The position numbers and the translations under genes were made by a program. From a virus, in IMG/VR virus record IMGVR_UViG_3300042890_005556: 64,000 nucleotides of DNA, one strand, 5' to 3'. Shown here piece after piece: positions 19,855-29,840 of the stretch. The first letter of the stretch is position 1; every line of letters begins with the position of its first letter. The notes under the pieces were generated by a model, which saw only the letters and a program-made list of their open reading frames with translations, ran no database searches and was not told the origin of the DNA.

Positions 19855-21639
19855 ATGCTAGAAATACAAAATGTAAGCTGGCGTAACTTTATGAGTTACG
19901 GCGAAGAAACATCGAGCCTAGACCTGTCAGAGCTAGGGCAGGTTTTAATAACAGGCGAAATCGAAGACGAAACACAAGACGGTTTAAAGAAAAGCAACGG
20001 ATCGGGAAAATCAACCATCCCAAACGTCATCCTATGGGCATTATTCGGGCGCACAATGCACTCGGCTAATCCAGGGGATGCCGTGATAAACCATTTCATT
20101 GGCAAAGACTGCTGGGTTAAAATAACGTTAAAGAACGGCGATAGTATAACCAGAACACGAGGATTAAAAGGCCACAACGAGCTACTCTATACAAAGAATG
20201 GCGAAGAAAACACGCTCAGCACAAATAAAAACTTACAGCAATTATTAAATAAAGACTTACAGTTAGACTGGGAGTTATTCACAAGCTCAGCGTTCTTCAC
20301 ACAATATAGCAAATCATGGCTAGAAATGGCAGACAATAACAGGAAGAAAGCACTAGAGCGAATCCTGAGGGTCGATAGGTTTACATTCTACGCTACAGCT
20401 GCAAAATCAAGCGCAGAAAAAGTCGACGCTAAGCTGTCAAAAATTAATATCAAAATCGAAAGCGCTAAAGCCAGAATCGCCAAGGCCACCACACAAATCG
20501 AAAGAAACACACAATTAAGAGATAATTTCGAAGGCAGCAAAACCGACAGAATACGATCAATACAAGCATCAGTAGACGTAAACCAGCAGAAAGCTGATGT
20601 TATAAAGATACCAGACTTGGATAAAATAACACAGATTTGGGAGGTCTACACCAGAATTAATGATAAGATAGAAGCGATGAAGAATGACCAGAACGACATT
20701 CTTCGCAAGACAAAGTTAGTTGAATCGACGATAAATGATTTAAAGTCCAAGGCAGCTTCGTGGAAAAACAAGAAAGGCAAGCAGTGCCTGTCTTGCATGC
20801 AAGACATAGATGAAAGCCACATTCAGCAGCACATTGAGCCATTGATTACCCAACAAGCGACAGAAGAAGCCACCTTGAATGGCCTATTAGCGGAAAAAAG
20901 CAAATTAACGCAAAATATATCAGCCACGGAATCTAAACTCGCTGAACGAAAGCCAAAGGTAACACTAAGAGAAGCAAAATCGATAATTGATGAAAAAAAT
21001 CAATTGCTAAAGTTAATAAACAGAGATCTAGAGCACATTACAAAGATAGAAAATGAGCAGAACCCGTACACGTCTAGCTTAGATGACTTAGAAAATTCGA
21101 TAATAGAAGACCAAACCATAATAATTGATTCAACACAAGAGAAAGAGCAACAAGAGTTACTGTATAGGCATTACACATATCTCAGTAAAGCATACTCAGA
21201 AAGAAATAAAATTAAAAGCTATGTTTTTAAAGAGCATATCCCTTTCATTAACCAGAGACTGAACCACTATTTGGACATGCTGAATCTGGATATTAAGGTC
21301 AATTTAACTGAAAATCTGGGTTTAGACAGCAACATGTGGGGTTATGATTTTCAGTCTGGTGGAGAGAGGAAACGCACGGACGTAGCATTTATGCTCGCTG
21401 CCTTTGACTTTCATGAGGCGATGTACGGTAGGCAGTGCAATGTTTTGGTCTTAGATGAGGTAGATGGTCGTATGGATGATGATGGTATAGACGGGCTTAT
21501 CGATATAATTAAGCAAGAATTATCAAGGAAGGCTGAAACGATCTTAATCATATCACATAGAAACCAAATGCATGATGTGTTTGATAAGGAAATTAAAGTG
21601 ACTAAGTCTAATAATTATTCCAAAATAAGGCAGATGTAA
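19855..21639 (+). CDS. Rad50/SbcC SMC-type ATPase (T4 gp46-like)
   Basis: RNFMSYG, Walker A NGSGKST, coiled coil with CLSC zinc hook, signature SGGERKR, Walker B VLDEVDGRMD, LIISH. Confidence 0.93.
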   Translation: MLEIQNVSWRNFMSYGEETSSLDLSELGQVLITGEIEDETQDGLKKSNGSGKSTIPNVILWALFGRTMHSANPGDAVINHFIGKDCWVKITLKNGDSITRTRGLKGHNELLYTKNGEENTLSTNKNLQQLLNKDLQLDWELFTSSAFFTQYSKSWLEMADNNRKKALERILRVDRFTFYATAAKSSAEKVDAKLSKINIKIESAKARIAKATTQIERNTQLRDNFEGSKTDRIRSIQASVDVNQQKADVIKIPDLDKITQIWEVYTRINDKIEAMKNDQNDILRKTKLVESTINDLKSKAASWKNKKGKQCLSCMQDIDESHIQQHIEPLITQQATEEATLNGLLAEKSKLTQNISATESKLAERKPKVTLREAKSIIDEKNQLLKLINRDLEHITKIENEQNPYTSSLDDLENSIIEDQTIIIDSTQEKEQQELLYRHYTYLSKAYSERNKIKSYVFKEHIPFINQRLNHYLDMLNLDIKVNLTENLGLDSNMWGYDFQSGGERKRTDVAFMLAAFDFHEAMYGRQCNVLVLDEVDGRMDDDGIDGLIDIIKQELSRKAETILIISHRNQMHDVFDKEIKVTKSNNYSKIRQM

Positions 21640-21664
21640 AAATAAAGTAACTAGTGAGAAAAAT

Positions 21665-22207
21665 ATGGAATCTACAGACTTAGAAAAAATCAGACACGTT
21701 TCCAACACAGATGTTGTTCGTAAACTCCTGATTAGATATTTTATTGACAAAGGGTTTGAGAACAGTTTTGATAGGCAAGTATATCCGTCTAATCTACAAG
21801 ATATGACTGCAGTTATTCCGATATTATCAAGTAAAATAGAGATAGTCCCTCATTGCGTTGATATTGATACAGCATTGGGAAGAGCAGTCCTAGGTTGGAA
21901 CCTATTCGTGTTAGGCGATCACAGAATGTATATCGGTGAGACATATCATAACAATTTACATGATTTGGCAAGACAAATCAAGAACGGTATGCTATCTAAC
22001 ACAGATCAGTTTGAAGGTCAAGCCACTCGGACGACGACTCCAAGAAAAATAATCACTTTTGTTTGTAGGGTCTTCGGTGACCATAAGTCTGGCTACATCG
22101 ACCTTAGTCCAGCTAACAATGTTAAGCAGCCCGGCGACGCTTTTGTCGCTAAGCAAACTATGAATGCTGTGCCAGGCCAGTTCTTTGGGCGTTCTGGGTA
22201 CGGTTAA
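21665..22207 (+). CDS. Hypothetical protein
   Basis: 180-aa ORF, no recognised motif. Confidence 0.7.
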   Translation: MESTDLEKIRHVSNTDVVRKLLIRYFIDKGFENSFDRQVYPSNLQDMTAVIPILSSKIEIVPHCVDIDTALGRAVLGWNLFVLGDHRMYIGETYHNNLHDLARQIKNGMLSNTDQFEGQATRTTTPRKIITFVCRVFGDHKSGYIDLSPANNVKQPGDAFVAKQTMNAVPGQFFGRSGYG

Positions 22208-22295
22208 ATATCAAGAACGGATATTTTATCCTATCTTGTATATACCGAATACAAGCCAGCTTCGCAAGTACACCTCGTCATAGAAGATCAAAAAG

Positions 22296-23183
22296 ATGAT
22301 CCATCCCGACACGGGCTATCATTATATCCACGTCATAAGTGACTGCATGTCCTTCGTTGATGTATACAAAAGCTACCAAAACCTCGCTCAAGAAACGCCA
22401 TATATGACCACCATAAGTTTAAGAGATTTTAGAGATAACCACGCTGGTTTACTTAATAACCCGAACAACGTAATCATAATATGGCATGACGATAGACTCA
22501 TCACAAAAGATAGAAAATGCAAAGCGATAATACGCTATTCAGAAATGGTAACAGAAAACGAAAACATAGGTCATCAAAAAGAACTACTAGATGACTATAA
22601 AGCCCATATAGATAACTATGACTACACAATAGTTCATTCAAAATCTGCAGAGAAACACATTAAAAACCTTACAGATAAAGTAGTATACCTGCCAGTTGGG
22701 TATGATCCCCTAGTGTACGGTACACCAGAATTCGACATTCCAAAAAAATTCGACCTCATAACATTTGGCTCGAACCTTGGTAGGAGAATTCAGATAAACG
22801 AAAACCTTAAAAAGCATTTCGGCGACAGGTTTCTAGAAACATCCTGCTGGGATACAGGTAGAAAACAGCTATTGGAACAAAGCAGAATCAACTTAATCAT
22901 ACCATGGTGCAAAAACCCATCCTTTCCGGCATTCAGGATGCTTCAGACACTAGGAACATCAGCAGCCATGTTGACAGAAAAAACGAACTCGCATCCAGCA
23001 AAGCAGAATAAACACATTATTCAAATAACAGACTTTGATAACGAAACGCTTACAAACCAAGAGATAGAAAGCGCCCTAACCAAAGACCTTGTAGCTATTT
23101 CAAAAAAGGCCCACGAAGATCTTAGAACTTCCACCAGAGAAGTAATGGACAAACTCGTTAAATTAACAAAAAAACACCTATGA
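22296..23183 (+). CDS. GT-B glycosyltransferase-like protein (CgeB/YkvP-like)
   Basis: YLPVGYDP..Y, KKFDLITFGS...RR, SRINLII, FRMLQTLG...MLTE. Confidence 0.65.
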   Translation: MIHPDTGYHYIHVISDCMSFVDVYKSYQNLAQETPYMTTISLRDFRDNHAGLLNNPNNVIIIWHDDRLITKDRKCKAIIRYSEMVTENENIGHQKELLDDYKAHIDNYDYTIVHSKSAEKHIKNLTDKVVYLPVGYDPLVYGTPEFDIPKKFDLITFGSNLGRRIQINENLKKHFGDRFLETSCWDTGRKQLLEQSRINLIIPWCKNPSFPAFRMLQTLGTSAAMLTEKTNSHPAKQNKHIIQITDFDNETLTNQEIESALTKDLVAISKKAHEDLRTSTREVMDKLVKLTKKHL

Positions 23184-23248
23184 CCGGCTCTCCACCAAAC
23201 GGTAACTATAATTAGCGCCTATATTCTTTGCATACAAATGGGAATGAT

Positions 23249-25093
23249 ATGATAAACATAGAATCAGATCCAATTGACTTGGATACTATCCTCAAAGCTT
23301 TCAAAGAACTAGCCAGTAATATAAACATTAATGATGACAGACAAAAATTAGAAGATGATGTGGTAATATTATGTCAGACTTTCAGAGCTATAAAAGTAAC
23401 TGGTTATGAAGACGGTGTAAGAGAAGCTTATCAAGAAGTATGCGAAAAATTAGCAGACACGATATGTGATAGCCGATTCGATTTTGATAGACATTTCTGC
23501 TTTAAAATGCAAGAGTATGGTAATGTCTTCTCGAATCTCGTAGCATCATGCGACCTAAAAAACACAGACAAGTATATCGAAAGATTAAGAAATGACGATC
23601 AAAAACACAGCATTTACAAAAGACTGTTTCTAACATCGTCTAGAAACAAGCAGGAGTACATTAAAGAGGTAGCTGACCACTACCACACAGATATACCGCT
23701 ATACAACAATTGGGCGTCTAATTTATTCCAAATAATATCATGCGGCCTTCTGAATATGCACGTAAGAGATAATTTAATATTCTTAAGCAATTACATAATT
23801 GCAAACGAGTTCAAATGGGCTGCAGCAATCGGCGACGTGTATAACCATTCAGCATACACAGATAACCCATTAGAAAGACGATTAAAGGAACATATAAACG
23901 ACCAATGCAAAGAACTTTTTCATCCAGACTTTGTACCCATAAACAATAAGACTAAAAGAATAGGCATTTTTACAGAAAATTTTTTTCAAGGTCACAGCAC
24001 CCACAGGACAGTGGCGAAATACATTCATGCTTTGGCTGATAGATACGAATTAATATTGCTGCACGGTGAACGATACAGGGTATTACCGCTGAACGTTAAA
24101 TCCGATGAGAGAATATTCAAGGAAATTCATCAAATAAGCATTTTTGGGACTTACGATCCATTTGAAATGTCCATAGTTGGGCCACAGAATCTAAAGCTGG
24201 ACATATTGATATACCCAGACTGTGCATGCGACGCATTATCACTAATAATGGCAAATATGCGGCTTGCACCAGCGCAGATGGCTATGACAGGAATGCCCAC
24301 TAGCACATTTAATAGCGAAATAGATTACTTTATATCAGGCAGAGACGTAGAATGCCTTGAAAAAATCGATGACAATTATAACGAAAGAGTCGTTTGCTTG
24401 CCGGGTTTAGGGGCGATCCATACGAGACACACACCTATAAAAGAATTCACAAAGCCAGAACCCAAAGACGACATTCTAATTGGCGGCTCATGGGTATGCC
24501 CCAAAACGCACCACTTTATGGCTTCCGCATTAGGTGAAGCGCTTAACAGAGTGAATAAAAAATGCACATTGAGAGTGTTCGCAGGGCTAGCTTGGTTTAC
24601 AGCCAACAGAGTATACGTTCCATATATCGATGAACTTGGAAAATATTTCAACGACAACATCACTCTTAGTATTATTGAAGGTGCAGAAGGGCACAAATAT
24701 AACGACTTGATGGCAGAAGTAGATTTAGCTGTTGACAGTTACCCTTGGGGAGGTTCTAACACGGTCAGCGACTGTATCCAATTAAATAAACCAGTTGTAG
24801 TTTGGCAAGGCGACAAATGGTATAATAGAATCGGTCCAGCTATGTTAAGACGCATAGGTCTAGAGAGTCTAATAGCTAAAAACAGAACAGAATATATTGA
24901 TAAGACTATCAGATTAGTGGAAGATGATGCTTGGAGAATAGAGCTAAGCGAGCTGATTAGCGAGCATAACAAATCGGGACTTGTGGACTCCGAAATCTAC
25001 AATAGTCAGAAAGGTGTAGAAGCATTTTCTACATTTATAGATAACGTGATAAATGGTAACATACAACCAGGAAAAGAGCCGCTTTTATTGTGA
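23249..25093 (+). CDS. GT41 glycosyltransferase (HMW1C/N-glycosyltransferase or SPINDLY-like)
   Basis: IGIFTENFFQGHSTHR, LDILIYPD, MRLAPAQMAMTGMPTST...IDYFISG, DLAVDSYPWGGSNTVSDC, PVV...R.G..ML..IGL..LIA....YI. ATG 23249 preferred over TTG 23228. Confidence 0.85.
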   Translation: MINIESDPIDLDTILKAFKELASNININDDRQKLEDDVVILCQTFRAIKVTGYEDGVREAYQEVCEKLADTICDSRFDFDRHFCFKMQEYGNVFSNLVASCDLKNTDKYIERLRNDDQKHSIYKRLFLTSSRNKQEYIKEVADHYHTDIPLYNNWASNLFQIISCGLLNMHVRDNLIFLSNYIIANEFKWAAAIGDVYNHSAYTDNPLERRLKEHINDQCKELFHPDFVPINNKTKRIGIFTENFFQGHSTHRTVAKYIHALADRYELILLHGERYRVLPLNVKSDERIFKEIHQISIFGTYDPFEMSIVGPQNLKLDILIYPDCACDALSLIMANMRLAPAQMAMTGMPTSTFNSEIDYFISGRDVECLEKIDDNYNERVVCLPGLGAIHTRHTPIKEFTKPEPKDDILIGGSWVCPKTHHFMASALGEALNRVNKKCTLRVFAGLAWFTANRVYVPYIDELGKYFNDNITLSIIEGAEGHKYNDLMAEVDLAVDSYPWGGSNTVSDCIQLNKPVVVWQGDKWYNRIGPAMLRRIGLESLIAKNRTEYIDKTIRLVEDDAWRIELSELISEHNKSGLVDSEIYNSQKGVEAFSTFIDNVINGNIQPGKEPLLL

Positions 25094-25971
25094 AAATACT
25101 TTTCATCGCAGATCCAATAGAAAGCATAAAGAAATATAGTTTCATAAATGACTATATGAGAGATCTGCTATACCATGGATTATTAGAAACTGAAGATGTG
25201 GAAATAGAATGCACAAAACCAATTATACCAGCTCACAAACAGTATAAAAGCCAAATAAGCCCAGAGTTATTATGGGGAAAAGGATTTACAGCATCATTTC
25301 TTATAGACGACGCGCCAAAAATAGCAGAAGACGTTGAAAATAAAATCAAAGACAAACATTATGATCTCATACTCTATGCTGATTCGAGAACATGTCTAGA
25401 CTACTATAGAATATGTAATGATGTTTATGATAGTGACCGAATTTTTATGGTTGATGGTCGTGATGATAACGAAGTGGCTAGTACCGCTGACAAGCATTTA
25501 TATTTCAAACGGGAGCTGGTTGACGATAGCCGATGTGAACCTATTTCATTTGCGATCCCCGAGTCTAAAATCTTTTCTGATGATGTAATGAAAGCGATGC
25601 ATATTGCTACGATTATACCAGGAGACATGTCAACATACATTTTCGATACTGAGAGCAGTTACTATAATGACTATCAAATGTCTATGTTTGGATTAACCCG
25701 TAAGAAAATGGGCTGGGATTGCATGAGACATTATGAGATAATAGCTAATAGGTGTGTGCCTGTTTTTGCGGATATAGCTGAGTGCCCTAAAAAGACATTA
25801 GTAAACTTTCCTAAAGAGCTGTGTCTTGAAGCTTTGGATTTATATCATAACTTTAAAAATAATGATGCATGTCACGAGAGATATTTTAATATAGAGCTCC
25901 AGTTCATAAATCATTTGATTAAGCATCAAACCACAAAAGCTTTGGCATCTTACGTGTTATCGTTTTCGTAA
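25090..25971 (+). CDS. Glycosyltransferase-like protein (exostosin-like C-terminus)
   Basis: VDGRD, YFKREL, PISFAIP, YYNDYQMSMFGLTRKKMGWDCMRHYEIIANRCVP. Confidence 0.6.
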   Translation: MKILFIADPIESIKKYSFINDYMRDLLYHGLLETEDVEIECTKPIIPAHKQYKSQISPELLWGKGFTASFLIDDAPKIAEDVENKIKDKHYDLILYADSRTCLDYYRICNDVYDSDRIFMVDGRDDNEVASTADKHLYFKRELVDDSRCEPISFAIPESKIFSDDVMKAMHIATIIPGDMSTYIFDTESSYYNDYQMSMFGLTRKKMGWDCMRHYEIIANRCVPVFADIAECPKKTLVNFPKELCLEALDLYHNFKNNDACHERYFNIELQFINHLIKHQTTKALASYVLSFS

Positions 25972-26717
25972 AATATGGCGTTTTGGGACGTATAGTCTAT
26001 ATCGCTGGCTATGTCGACTAATATTTTTGGTCTTACTATGTCGGATTCTACATTAATATCTTTTAAATATGTTCGGAATATTGTTTCAGGGTGATATATC
26101 CCGCACATTCTGGTGTAGTATCCGAATGTTGGGAAAAGATTGCTATATTTGTCCATCAGTTCAGATGGTCCAAATGCAAACTGGTCGTTAATGCCTCCCA
26201 TCCAATCTCTATAGATCGGCACGTTTATTTTATGAAGATCATATTGGTCTAGCGGGCTCATTACCTTAATTTCTGAGTCATATCGCATACGGATTACGAC
26301 GTCGAATTTCATTGCGTTTTCGTTTTCGTAATATGATTTTAAAGCATTTGCTGCTCTGATTGAGTAGTGCATGCTTATTGGGCCTATGTTTGAGCCTATA
26401 GAGTGTAGGTTAATGTCTTCTACGCTGGTTATCTCTAAGAAATGCGGTAGCAGTTCCATTGTAACTTGATCGTAGTCTTCTATGGCTTGGTATATTGGGT
26501 TATAGAGCTGGGCTATTTGGTGTGTGTTGAGTTCTACGTTGGTCAGGTATTCGTGTTGCTTGTGTTTTGACCAGCTGTCTTCTATCAATCTGAGGGGGTT
26601 AATATTGTATGTGTGTAGGAATATTTTTGGATTGTAGTCTGAAAAATAGTCTTGTATGCTTTTTAGGCTGTTTTGGTAGTATTTTGTTGTGCCTGAGATG
26701 CAGATTGCTATTTGCAT
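25950..26717 (-). CDS. Putative GT-A glycosyltransferase of the phage/giant-virus IAICISG family
   Basis: IAICISG, IFLHTY, SMHYSI, FDVVIRMRYD, GINDQFAFG..ELMDKYS, HPET. Confidence 0.6.
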   Translation of the reverse strand: MQIAICISGTTKYYQNSLKSIQDYFSDYNPKIFLHTYNINPLRLIEDSWSKHKQHEYLTNVELNTHQIAQLYNPIYQAIEDYDQVTMELLPHFLEITSVEDINLHSIGSNIGPISMHYSIRAANALKSYYENENAMKFDVVIRMRYDSEIKVMSPLDQYDLHKINVPIYRDWMGGINDQFAFGPSELMDKYSNLFPTFGYYTRMCGIYHPETIFRTYLKDINVESDIVRPKILVDIASDIDYTSQNAIFYENDNT

Positions 26718-26729
26718 GTTTTGCCCTTT

Positions 26730-26773
26730 ATTATAAGTAAAGAGCCCTTTTGTGTGGGCTCTTTACTTATAAT
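26730..26773. repeat. Perfect 18-bp inverted repeat (terminator or processing stem)
   Basis: attataagtaaagagccc (26730-26747), 8-nt loop, gggctctttacttataat (26756-26773), directly after the stop of the minus-strand sigma-like gene. Confidence 0.85.
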
Positions 26774-26776
26774 TAT

Positions 26777-28066
26777 TCAGGGAGTGAGACCGTGTGATAG
26801 GCAGACTAGTTTTATTTGGTCTCTAAAGTCATTTACTGATCTTATGGTGATTCCAAAGAATTCGGCCATGTGGTTGATTTTTGGGTCACCAGCTCCAAAT
26901 CTGTCGCTGAATGATTCATATACTTCACCGTTTTGGATCAGTATATCGTAAACTTGTTGACAAAGTCCCTTTGGCAGGGATTTCCGTATGGTAGACAAAG
27001 CATCTTCGGCTTCTATTACTGAAACGTGATCTTCCAAGATCATTTTCTGGCCCTCAACAAAGCGGTGGCCTATCTGGTCTAGAGTAGAACCACCTTCGTC
27101 CTCGGTGACACTTAGTTGATTGTCCAGAACAGTTACGTGTTCTGGGCGAATCACTACTGCTTCAAGCTCATCCTGACAAGAAGACTCATCCGTGATTTGG
27201 ATAGATATCGTATTGTTATCGATACCTAATAATACGCCATGTCTTATTGCTTTTTCTTTGATTTTAGAAAATTCAATAGAGAATTCTGGTGGCGTTTGCA
27301 TTCCTAAAATATGGAACGCATAGTGACTATCTTCCTTGGCACAATTGTAATCAATGTTCATCTGGGAGCATGTACTTGCTAGCTCTTCGGAGATGATGTA
27401 GTCTGGGCGACCGCTGATCAATTGTGGTACCTTTTTATGTTCTTGGCGTTTGTTTTCTTTTAAGTGTTGTCTGAAGTAATTCCAGGCGAATTCACCAAAG
27501 AATTTCTTGAGCTGCTTTGGGTCGTTGACGATTGCTTCTGGGTTCTCATATTTTCTCTCGCCAGGGATTGGCTGTATTGGCGATATGATTTTTGATCCTG
27601 AGTACCCTTCTGCTAGAAGCAAGCGGTAGTCGTCGTAGTCAATGAATGTTTTTTCGGTGGTGAGGTTGCCTTTTTCGGCTATTTTGACTTTATTACAGCT
27701 AGGGCAACATATGAGTTGCTGGTCTATGCTCTTGGCTTTACCTCTTTTTGTCAGATATTGTGTCTGCTGGCAACTTTCGCATTTAAATGTGTAGTCGCGG
27801 TGGTAAAAGAGGTTTATCACTCCGCGCCATATTGCTATCTGATATTCTAGCTCGGCTGCTGTAGAGTCGTCGGCGTAGTCTCCGCCAATTGTCACCCTGA
27901 ATTGTTTCATTATCTCTGCTCTATGTCTTACCATTTCTTTATGATTTGACACATATGTCACCATGTCATGCACTTTTTGTCGTTCGTCTTCTGAGATTTG
28001 CGACATGGTGATGTTTACCAATGAGCCTCTGAGATATAGCTTTGGCATTTGACGAACAATCGGCAT
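26777..28066 (-). CDS. Sigma70-family-like factor with zinc-ribbon insertion
   Basis: Region-2-like AELEYQIAIWRGV and FFGEFAWNYFRQHLK flank a CESC...CPSC insert; region-4-like ALSTIRKSLP..QQVYDIL...INHMAEFFGITIRSVNDFRDQIK (HTH); GGAGGT RBS. Confidence 0.6.
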   Translation of the reverse strand: MPIVRQMPKLYLRGSLVNITMSQISEDERQKVHDMVTYVSNHKEMVRHRAEIMKQFRVTIGGDYADDSTAAELEYQIAIWRGVINLFYHRDYTFKCESCQQTQYLTKRGKAKSIDQQLICCPSCNKVKIAEKGNLTTEKTFIDYDDYRLLLAEGYSGSKIISPIQPIPGERKYENPEAIVNDPKQLKKFFGEFAWNYFRQHLKENKRQEHKKVPQLISGRPDYIISEELASTCSQMNIDYNCAKEDSHYAFHILGMQTPPEFSIEFSKIKEKAIRHGVLLGIDNNTISIQITDESSCQDELEAVVIRPEHVTVLDNQLSVTEDEGGSTLDQIGHRFVEGQKMILEDHVSVIEAEDALSTIRKSLPKGLCQQVYDILIQNGEVYESFSDRFGAGDPKINHMAEFFGITIRSVNDFRDQIKLVCLSHGLTP

Positions 28067-28141
28067 TTGTTACCTCCATGGTTGTGTGATTACCACTGCC
28101 GTATTTTAGAACAGACAATCCTTTTTGGCAGGAGATCCGCC

Positions 28142-28903
28142 ATGGCTCAGTATTGCGACACGAAGAAACTCGAAAAGGTCTGGTTTAACTGGCTTCTATC
28201 CAAATCAGCACCCACGCTGGAGCCATACAGGAAAGCGGGTGTGTTGTGGACTAAAGCCATAGGTCTCGTCGATGTGAAGGGTGAGGTGATTGTCAAAGGT
28301 GGTAAGACCTTTAAAAGTCCTACACATCCTATCAGATCGCACTGTATCTTGTCAAGATATCCGTTCTTCTTTACCACTTTTAATGGTAAGCCACAAGAAC
28401 TTGCGTCCCAAATACATTATAACGAAGATGGTGATTATACGACAACCCCCATTGCACTTTCAGAGATAGAAATAGTAAAAACCAAGCCGGAAATAAAAGA
28501 CATAGAACAAATACTACTAAAAGATGGCTACATCCTAGATGCAGAAACAGGAAAAAGCTGGGAGTCCATGTTAATAGACATCAATAAAATGTGCCTCGGA
28601 ATAGCATCTAAATTCCATCAAAAAACAGCAGAAGAATTGAATGATTTAGCTAACGAAGCATTATTGCAAGTAGCTAACAAATTATCTACGGATAGGCTGG
28701 TATATACTCCCGGAAGGGCACCAGTATTCAATTTATTAACCACCACTATACATCGATGCATGTTTTCAATTATGAATAAAAGGAAAAATCAAAGAGAAGG
28801 GCTTAACAGATTACTGCAGGACGCACAATCTGGGTCATTACCTCAAACTAACAGAAGCCTGAGACTCCAAACATTCACGACGAGAAAACATGAAAATCGT
28901 TAG
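28142..28903 (+). CDS. T4 gp55-like late sigma factor with internal insertion
   Basis: YCDTKKLEKVWFNW, INKMCLGIASKF, NDLANEALLQVANKL, YTPGRAPVFNLLTTTIHRCMFSIMNKRK parallel the gp55 region-2-only pattern; ATG 28142 follows AGGAG. Confidence 0.65.
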   Translation: MAQYCDTKKLEKVWFNWLLSKSAPTLEPYRKAGVLWTKAIGLVDVKGEVIVKGGKTFKSPTHPIRSHCILSRYPFFFTTFNGKPQELASQIHYNEDGDYTTTPIALSEIEIVKTKPEIKDIEQILLKDGYILDAETGKSWESMLIDINKMCLGIASKFHQKTAEELNDLANEALLQVANKLSTDRLVYTPGRAPVFNLLTTTIHRCMFSIMNKRKNQREGLNRLLQDAQSGSLPQTNRSLRLQTFTTRKHENR

Positions 28904-29831
28904 TAACAAACACATTGTGCCAGCAGTAACAAAAAAACCAATAGACAATATTAAAATAGTTGTTAGTCCCCATAATAAAACTATAAGCACACTAAATGCT
29001 TATAATCAATCAGCCCATATGAAAGTAATCCCAGCACAAATAGCACCGCAGATCAAAAACAAAGCAGTCATTGATAAAAGCCTAGTAAAAAGAACTCAAA
29101 ACCCAAATAAACCAAAACCACCAGCATCGGTAACTTACGCTTCCGGCGAAGCACCAATCGAAAGCATACCAAAAATATACGGTATAAAAGACATAGGTAA
29201 AGGTAAGACATTAGTAGTCATAGCAAACGGCCCAAGTATAAACGAAGTTGAATTGGAGAGGCTAAAAGACAAGCCAGGCATCGACACTCTATCAATAAAC
29301 AGACCGGACCCACGGGTCTGGCCAACCACATATTGGTCATTTTACGACCAATCACAGCTTGTGCGACACGAAGACCTGTATAATTATTATGAAGGCATAA
29401 CCTTTCTAAGCACAGCCATCAAGAGAGACAAGGCCAGAAGCATAAAGTTTAAAAATTTTGGCAAAAAGCAATTTAGCAGAGACTTAACAAAGGGATTATG
29501 TATAGGACGCACAAGCTGCTATGCTGCTATGCAACTTGCTTTATGGATGGATTACGATAAGATATTCTTTTTTGGGGTTGATATGCACCCAGATGGTATT
29601 GACGGCAAGCTCCATTTCTACGGGACAAATCCCGACGTAGACCCTGATATTAGGAAAAAACGATTTAACTCAGAAGCAGAATACTTCGAATTTGCCGCAG
29701 ATAACATGGAATACCAAGAGAGAAAGAGATTTCACTTTTGTTCGTCTTACCTGACATGGCCCTTTAAATCGCGTTTCAATTACTTAGATCACAAGACTGC
29801 TATAGACGTGATTTTAGGGTCAATGCTATGA
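28890..29831 (+). CDS. Maf/DUF115-type glycosyltransferase-like protein
   Basis: VVIANGPSI, TLSINR, PTTYW.FYD, TSCYAAMQLALWMDYDKIFFFGVDM, HFY. Confidence 0.7.
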   Translation: MKIVSNKHIVPAVTKKPIDNIKIVVSPHNKTISTLNAYNQSAHMKVIPAQIAPQIKNKAVIDKSLVKRTQNPNKPKPPASVTYASGEAPIESIPKIYGIKDIGKGKTLVVIANGPSINEVELERLKDKPGIDTLSINRPDPRVWPTTYWSFYDQSQLVRHEDLYNYYEGITFLSTAIKRDKARSIKFKNFGKKQFSRDLTKGLCIGRTSCYAAMQLALWMDYDKIFFFGVDMHPDGIDGKLHFYGTNPDVDPDIRKKRFNSEAEYFEFAADNMEYQERKRFHFCSSYLTWPFKSRFNYLDHKTAIDVILGSML

Positions 29832-29840
29832 TTCAACCTA

